From: the human T2T-CHM13v2.0 reference genome, Homo sapiens | Direction: 5' to 3' (one strand) | Assembly (NCBI RefSeq): GCF_009914755.1 | Contig: NC_060929.1 | Length of the DNA: 64,000 nt | Position numbers and translations under genes: made by a program | Notes under the pieces: generated by a model | Told to the model about the DNA's origin: nothing | Seen by the model: the letters and a program-made list of their open reading frames with translations, nothing else | The model's database searches: none | Part shown: one piece after another, positions 56,924 to 64,000 of the stretch | Position numbering within the stretch: the stretch's first letter is position 1 | Layout of the letters: each line of letters opens with the position of its first letter

Positions 56924-57331
56924 TGATATTGTTTGGATGTTTGTCCCTTCCAAATCTTATATTCAAATGTGATTTCCAGTGTTGGAGATGGGTCCTGGTG
57001 GGAAGGGATTGGATCATCGCCGTGGATCTCTCGTGAATGATTTTAAACTATCCACTTGGCAATCTCCCTCAGTTAGTTCATGTGAGATCTGGTTGTTTAA
57101 AAGAGTCTGGAACGTCTTCCTCTCTCTTGCTCCTGCTCTCGTCATGTGACATGCCTGCTACCTTTCTCCTTCCACCATGACTGTAAGCTTCCTGAGGCCT
57201 CACCAGAAGCAGATGCTGATGCCATGCTTCCTGTACAGACAGTAGAACTGTGAGCCAATTAAATCTATTTTCTTTATAAATTACCTAGCCTCGGGTATTT
57301 CTTTATAGCAGTGCAAGAATGCCCTAACACT
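56924..57331 (+). mobile_element. MSTB-like MaLR solo LTR
   Basis: tgatattgtttggatgtttgtcccttccaaatc...gtgagccaattaaa...ggtatttctttatagca...cctaaca. Confidence 0.87.
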
Positions 57332-57519
57332 CTATCTTTAGGAAAAAATGGCCATGTTTAAATATTACCTTCAGTACTAATAGCTGTGGAACACTAAGTA
57401 CCTTACATAACTTTAGTCGGTATCTTTTTTTTTTGCATCTGGAAATCGAATAATAACACATATTGTAATAGAAGTTGCTAACTAATGTGCGGCCTCATCA
57501 GTTAGAAAGACTGACTCTT

Positions 57520-57822
<303 letters not shown>

Positions 57823-58419
57823 AGAAAGAGTGACTCTTTTTTCACCTTGAAGAACAGAAATAAATTGGAAGAAAAAACTTGGTGTTCAAACAGCCAATTA
57901 AAGCTCATCTTGGAGACACAAATGTGTTTAAGGGTGTTTCTTTCCACACAAGTCTGATTGCCTCAAGATAGCTGTCATTTCTTTATGAAGGCACAGAAAA
58001 GAATTCAAAAGCAAATCAATGAATATACTTTAAATGTTTTTCTACTATAGAATTCTAGTATGCTTACTTGCAAAAAATCAAGAATTGAAGAATGGTGTAG
58101 GGTAATGACTAGAAGGAAATAAATCAGAAGGATGCCATTATTTTGAAGAAATTATAATGGCAAAGAAAGTACCGACTCTAACTAAAAAATATTTTGACTA
58201 TACAGTTCTTAAAGAATCCCTCGAGTTTTCAAATGGGCATGCACAAGAAGAAATAAGAGAGATGAAAATCCCACAAAAAGTAGACTTGTGCTTCAATATT
58301 CACTTTAAATGTGGCCACAGAGGAATGGACAAAGAATATTCCAGAAAGCTGAGCAATGGGCCACAAAAAAATAAATGAATGAGAGAATTCTTTCCAAACA
58401 GCAGAATTAGGTTGTAATC

Positions 58420-59180
58420 ATGTCTTTCCCTACTCTTAGGAAAACAAGACTTCTCATACAAGAGTTCTCATTAGCAGGATTTCATCATTGTTCTTGTGTG
58501 TCTCCGTATTTTATTTTCATAATGGGGAAGTTAATTGCAATCATCTTGCTTGTACTCTACCATTGTATACTGCATATACTGAGAACAAATCCCTAGTCTT
58601 CCGGCTTCATATATTTAGAGCCACACCTCCATTTAATAGAAAAGACTCAGATAACTGGAGCTTTTAAATTGGATGCAGAAACTTGTTGGAAACACCTTGG
58701 ATCTTCATCAGGGAAGGAATGAGCATGTTCTACATGTGGAAACAAGTGATAATAAAATTGATACTTGGTGAACAGAAGAGCAAAATGGTAGTGGCTGAGA
58801 GCACAAATGAAAGATGCATCTCCCTATACTACAGTAATAATGTTCTCTGTTTCTGAGGCTTTATCTTGTGACAGAGTCAAAATAAGCAAAATGTGAACAG
58901 ACCTTGGCTCATGGCTCGTTGTAACTCGATTTGTGTGAGTCTCTTGCTCTTCCCCATTTGCCCATTTGCTTATTGAATATTGAAGCTCACAGCAATATTG
59001 TGTTGAAGTGTGAAGGACTCCTCCTGGGTCCCTGAATGACTAAGTGGAAATGAGTCCTAATTTGAAATCCCTCACTTACACTTCAAATGAATAAAAAAAA
59101 AAAATCTATTTTGTTTAATAAGCCACTGTTATTTGAGGCCTTATCTGTTACAGAACCTCATATTATATTTAACTAATCAC
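58420..59180 (+). mobile_element. MLT1 internal end plus MLT1K/L-like LTR remnant
   Basis: gggaaggaatgagcatgttctacatgtgga...cagaagagcaaaatggtag; ctgggtccctgaatgac; taagccactg...atctgttacag. Confidence 0.45.
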
Positions 59181-61454
59181 TGTACCTTATGGGTTTGTCG
59201 AGGTAAATTAATCACATATGTCAATTCATGTAAATTAATTCGTGAATGTTAGCTCTTGTACTATAATGTCTGTAACATTTTAGATCACAAAGCACATGAG
59301 TGTGGCTTTGGTTTATCAATAAAATATAAATATTTCATTAAGGATCATATGTAATTTACAACTAATAAAGAAAAGATAACATTTCTATATAGTGCAAAAT
59401 ATGAATGCATGAAAATGGCAAGAATTCATTAGACATTAAATTGTGATAATGGCTCATGTTTAAACAGTTTTGGAATTAGCCCACTGTGTGATGTCTGGTT
59501 TCTTTGCTTGTTTACACTACAAGAATGAATAGAGTTGAAACTATCAATTCACAATTTTTAAAGCCTTTCAATTTTTAGTATAAAATTTGTTTTCTCCTAC
59601 ATGTGTAATAGTTATCTATCTGCAGTAATCCACTGGAACAGAAATGTCCAATGTTTCAAAAGTATGAAAATATGATTGTATTTTGCTGGGGAAATTTTAT
59701 ATTCTATACTAAAATGAGCATGTAAATAAAAGTATATGTTCACAAATTTTCATACGGATAGGGAAACAAAATTGTAGAAAAATTAATTTTCTCAAATATT
59801 AAGCAATCCTTCTACATGTGATACTTGATGATCCTTTAAAACACCTCAGGGATATTCTTTTGGTAATATGCTAACATATTTAATCAAAAATCAGTGTAGC
59901 TTAGGTATATTAATATTATGCTCCAACAAAACACCCTGGAGTGAGCTTTATTGCTTAAACTGTGGAAAGGTCAGACATTTACAGCATATTATCCTGTTTC
60001 AAAAATAATTACATTTTCATTGTCAGTTGGGGAAATAGAAAGATAAGATCTATAATACTACATGCAATTAAATTTAACCTTCTTAATGGAATATTAGTGA
60101 TCTGGGATTTACTTTTGAAATTTACTGAGGAGGTACTCCTTCTATATGTATTCGTATAAACTAGTCAATGTAGAAAAAAGACCATGACTCATTTGGATAA
60201 AGTAGTCAATGACCCATTCCATGAGCTCTAAACATCAGTTATCACATGCTTTTCAGATAGACCCATTTGATTTTCCAAATGTCAAATCACATGACAATAA
60301 ACATGAAAATTCTTTTTTCTTCAGTTTCTTTTTATATTATTAATTTATTTTATGTTTCCTTCTATTCAAAAACTATAAAATATCCTTTTCCTGTAAAATG
60401 TCTTTTCTCTGGATGATATATGTGGAGTGCAGAAAAAGGCACGGTGTGAACAAACAGTACACAACTGCTGCCGTGGGGCACTTGCATTTTATTGCTGTAT
60501 TTATCAAATAAAATACTAAAACCCTAAATGCTTAGATATCCATAGCTCCAACTACATTTTCAGAAAATATGCGTCTATCAGAAATGATCCTTAGGAAAGG
60601 TACAGTGAAGATAATTAATTTGCAGAAATAGAAGCCCTCTTAAACCTGTTAAAGATTCACTGAGCCATGTGACATGTTTTCAGTTTCGTCATGACCATTA
60701 ATTCCAATATTGTTTCATTTAATAGCAACATACAAGAAAAAGGTGATTAAAGATTAATTTTATCCTTTACTTCTAATTCCACACTGCCTTGAAATAGACA
60801 TTCCAGTAACACAAACTGTCCTAGAAACTACAGCGAAAGTTATTAACGAAAAAAATAATGGCATGGCCACATGGACTTTGAATGACATCAATACAGTTTT
60901 GGTATTGATATTTTTATCCTAGGAAGCCCAAGTGTTATATACAATGAATTGAGAATGATGATACATATTTTAAGCTTCTGGATTTACATTACAACATTTT
61001 AATTTAGATATAAAAATAATTTTCTTAAAAAGATATAAGTGCAACCAAAAGAAATAAGGAATTTGAATAATGTGCTATCAATAAAATTGAAACCATAAAT
61101 TTCATATCTTCTCACAAAGAAAACCCCAGTCGCACATGTGCTTCCCTTGTGGATTCCTTCCAACATTTAAGGAAAAAACACCTGTTTTACACAAATTCAT
61201 CTAGCTAATTAGAAAGAATGTACTCTTCCTACCGTATTTTGTAGGAACACAAATTCAGAACTAAGAATGAATAATAGATTTGAAATGTGAATGATGACAT
61301 GCATGCAAAAAATCCCACTAATATTCAAGAACATCTATTCTGTGCTTGATTTTGTCGCCTCTTCCACTGTCCCAACCAAAAGTTACGGTTATTAATTTTT
61401 GTCAGAACTTTTTGAGCAAATCTAACTGCTTAATATTGAGTTTCACTATGACTG

Positions 61455-62058
61455 GACTTCTTTTTTATTTTAAAATTTTTACTTTACTATTTCATTCGGT
61501 TTTTATTTTGGAATCAAAGTGTGGATGTGCAGGTTTGTTGCAAGGGTATATTCCATGATGCTGAGGTTTGGGGTACCACTGAAGCCATCACATAGGCAGT
61601 GAGTATAGTACCCAATAGATACCCAAAGGCTTTTCAACCCTTGCCCCCTATGGTTTTTCCTCCCTCTTGTGGTCCATCTGTATGTCCATGTGCATCCAAT
61701 GTTTAGCTCCCATTTATAAGGGAGAACATGTGGTATTAGGTTTTCTGTAATGGCCTTCAGCTGAATCCATGTTGCTGCATTGGACACGATTTCATTCTTT
61801 TTTCCAGCTGCATATTATTCCATGGTGCTTGTATAACACATTTTCTTCATCCAATCCCTAAATGATGGGCACCTAGGTTCATTCCAGGTCTTTGCTATTG
61901 TGAATAGTATCACAATTAACATACGAGTGCAGGTGTCTTTTCTTTTTCACAGAATAATTTATTTTCTTTGGAGTACATTCCCATTAAAAGGATTGTTAGG
62001 TTGAATGATACATTCTTTTTTAGTTCTTCAAGAAATCTTCAAATTGCTTTTCCCAGTA
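61455..62058 (-). mobile_element. L1PA13-16-like 3' end
   Basis: gtgcaggtttgttgcaagggtatatt...gatgctgaggtttgggg...gtttagctcccatttataag. Confidence 0.8.
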
Positions 62059-63516
62059 ATTAGCCCTAATTACTCCACCTTCCTTACTCTAGCATAGTAT
62101 AATTCAAAATAGAATATCAAAAGTGATATAATTATGTCCTACTTAAAAATGTTTTTGGTCATCACATGTTAGTTTGATTATTTAGAACTTTTATTATTTT
62201 ATTTTTATCTTTCTACTTTCATTATTTTGCTAAACATTTAAGCTTCCTACCTTCCAATTAACCTGACACACTGAATATTTTAACATCCCATTAAGTGGCA
62301 GCACATTAACTGAGGTGGGCCATCACACATATTCTGTTCTTTCTTTTTCATTATAGATTGTGTGTTTAGAGGTAGATATCTTAGCAATTAGTCATATGTT
62401 CCTGGAATATGAAGAGAGATGACAAATCCAATTAAGATGATATTGATACAGCAGAGATCCTGGAAACAGAGCTTAACACAGCATCTGGAATAAACATTGA
62501 TTTTTCTCCCTTTGAAAATGGTGGGATTATGACAAATCTATTCACGGATATTTTTGAAGGTGTCTGTATGAGAAAACGGGTGTGTGTGTTTGGCAAGTGA
62601 TACATTGTAGACATTGCTATTGCCTTTTCAAAAGTCCTTCAAACCTATTTCATTGTGTTACAGCTATGTTGCTTGGGTACGATTAACCCGATTAACCCAG
62701 TCATAACTGTAAAGATAGAACTCGATTAGTTTAAGAAAACATTTTCTACCTTGTGTGTAATGTTTATGATTCAGATTGATTCAAGTGACCCAGATTTTCA
62801 AACCAGAAAAAAATACAGCTTTTATGTAATAGTTGTCAGAGAGAGAGATGTTTTCTCTCCACCCTGGCTCTAAGTAATGGAGAATGTACTGGTTTATGAG
62901 ATTGTTAGAATTTTTGTAATCTCAGATAGAAGCTGAAATACAGCGAAGGGCAGAGCCAAAAGATTCACCAAGAAACACAATCAGTATGCTTAAAAAAGTA
63001 TGTCTGGATTCTACCTAACCTCACAACTATTAAGTAAGATTATCAATGCATTGACCTTGGTTTATATCAGCTAGTTTCCCAATATTTGCAACTAAAGCCT
63101 TTGGATATGGAGTGAGGTGGAAAGATGTTATCAGACTAATCTTCTGTTATTGTTGTTTCTTTTCACTTGATTTAAAATGGTGATGTTTACTAACAGAGGG
63201 CTGAATTTTGAAAGACAACATAAATTAAGGATATACTTGCTAATTTGAAGGAACTTCAAAACCACAAATAGGTTTGTCGATCATGTCATTGATTAGAAAC
63301 TCAGATGAGAGGACTAGTAGACATTGAGCCATAAAGAAGTGAAGCAATATTTTTTCCACGGAAGAAATTACAGAATAAACACAAAGAAGGATTTTTACTG
63401 AACAACTTAAAACCATAAAAATTTGCAAATAGGAAGAACACAATGAGCCTGAAAACAAGAGCAGTGAGAAGGGACCAAAAAAATTGAAGGAAGGAAAAGC
63501 AAGACAGTACTAAGCA

Positions 63517-63519
<3 letters not shown>

Positions 63520-63557
<38 letters not shown>
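63520..63557. repeat. (CA)19 microsatellite
   Basis: Read directly from the sequence. Confidence 0.97.
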
Positions 63558-63559
<2 letters not shown>

Positions 63560-64000
63560 TTAATGAAAGAGTAGTACAATATTGCCAAATTCTATTGCGA
63601 GGTCAAGTAAAATGATAACTAATCTTTCATTTGATTTAGACAGATACATGTAATTGAATAGCTTAGAGAATGGTGTTTCTGTGATGGTGTGGAATTAGAA
63701 GTCAGACTAAAGGCATCAGCACATTTAGCAGAAAATGAGGACATGGAAACAGCATAAGTTTGACCAGTAATAAGAAGAAAATGTAGTTTATAAATATATG
63801 AATATGTACTTTAAAGAAGTTGTGTGTTTGTATATTTTTAATATATTTTGCTTTACTTTTTTCATACATAGACTTAGTTTTTTGGAAAAGTTTTATGTAT
63901 ATAGAAAAAAAATCACTCAAAATTAAAGAGTTCCTATATACCCTCCCTGCCACAAGAGTATTTGCTACTATTAATATCTTGCATTACTGAGATACATTCA

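Overview
This is AT-rich primate genomic DNA, probably human or ape given the AluY, AluS/J, L1PA and MST elements. It is dominated by interspersed repeats and I see no intact protein-coding gene. The one gene-derived feature is a ~2.1-kb processed pseudogene of AKTIP (FTS/Ft1) at 35605-37735 (+). It has a GC-rich leader, an intronless CDS with two nonsense changes and a 4-bp frameshift, a full 3' UTR, a poly(A) tail and an 8-bp target-site duplication (TSD), and it lies 167 bp downstream of a same-orientation MSTA solo LTR. Other major features are a ~7.4-kb apparently full-length L1MA2, a twin-primed (5'-inverted) L1PA with an 18-bp TSD, a second older inverted L1MA/MB, about ten Alus, MaLR/ERV LTRs, hAT MITEs and several microsatellites, including a 350-bp pure-purine tract with (GGAA)15. 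Most listed ORFs are repeat-derived or chance. I found no evidence of a new multi-gene biological system. The best leads are the LTR + CpG leader + truncated AKTIP ORF module and several mechanistic scars: templated inverted insertions, twin priming and a possible micro 3' transduction. Repeat subfamily names and AKTIP comparisons come from recalled consensus sequences, not from searches, and boundaries of old repeats are approximate.
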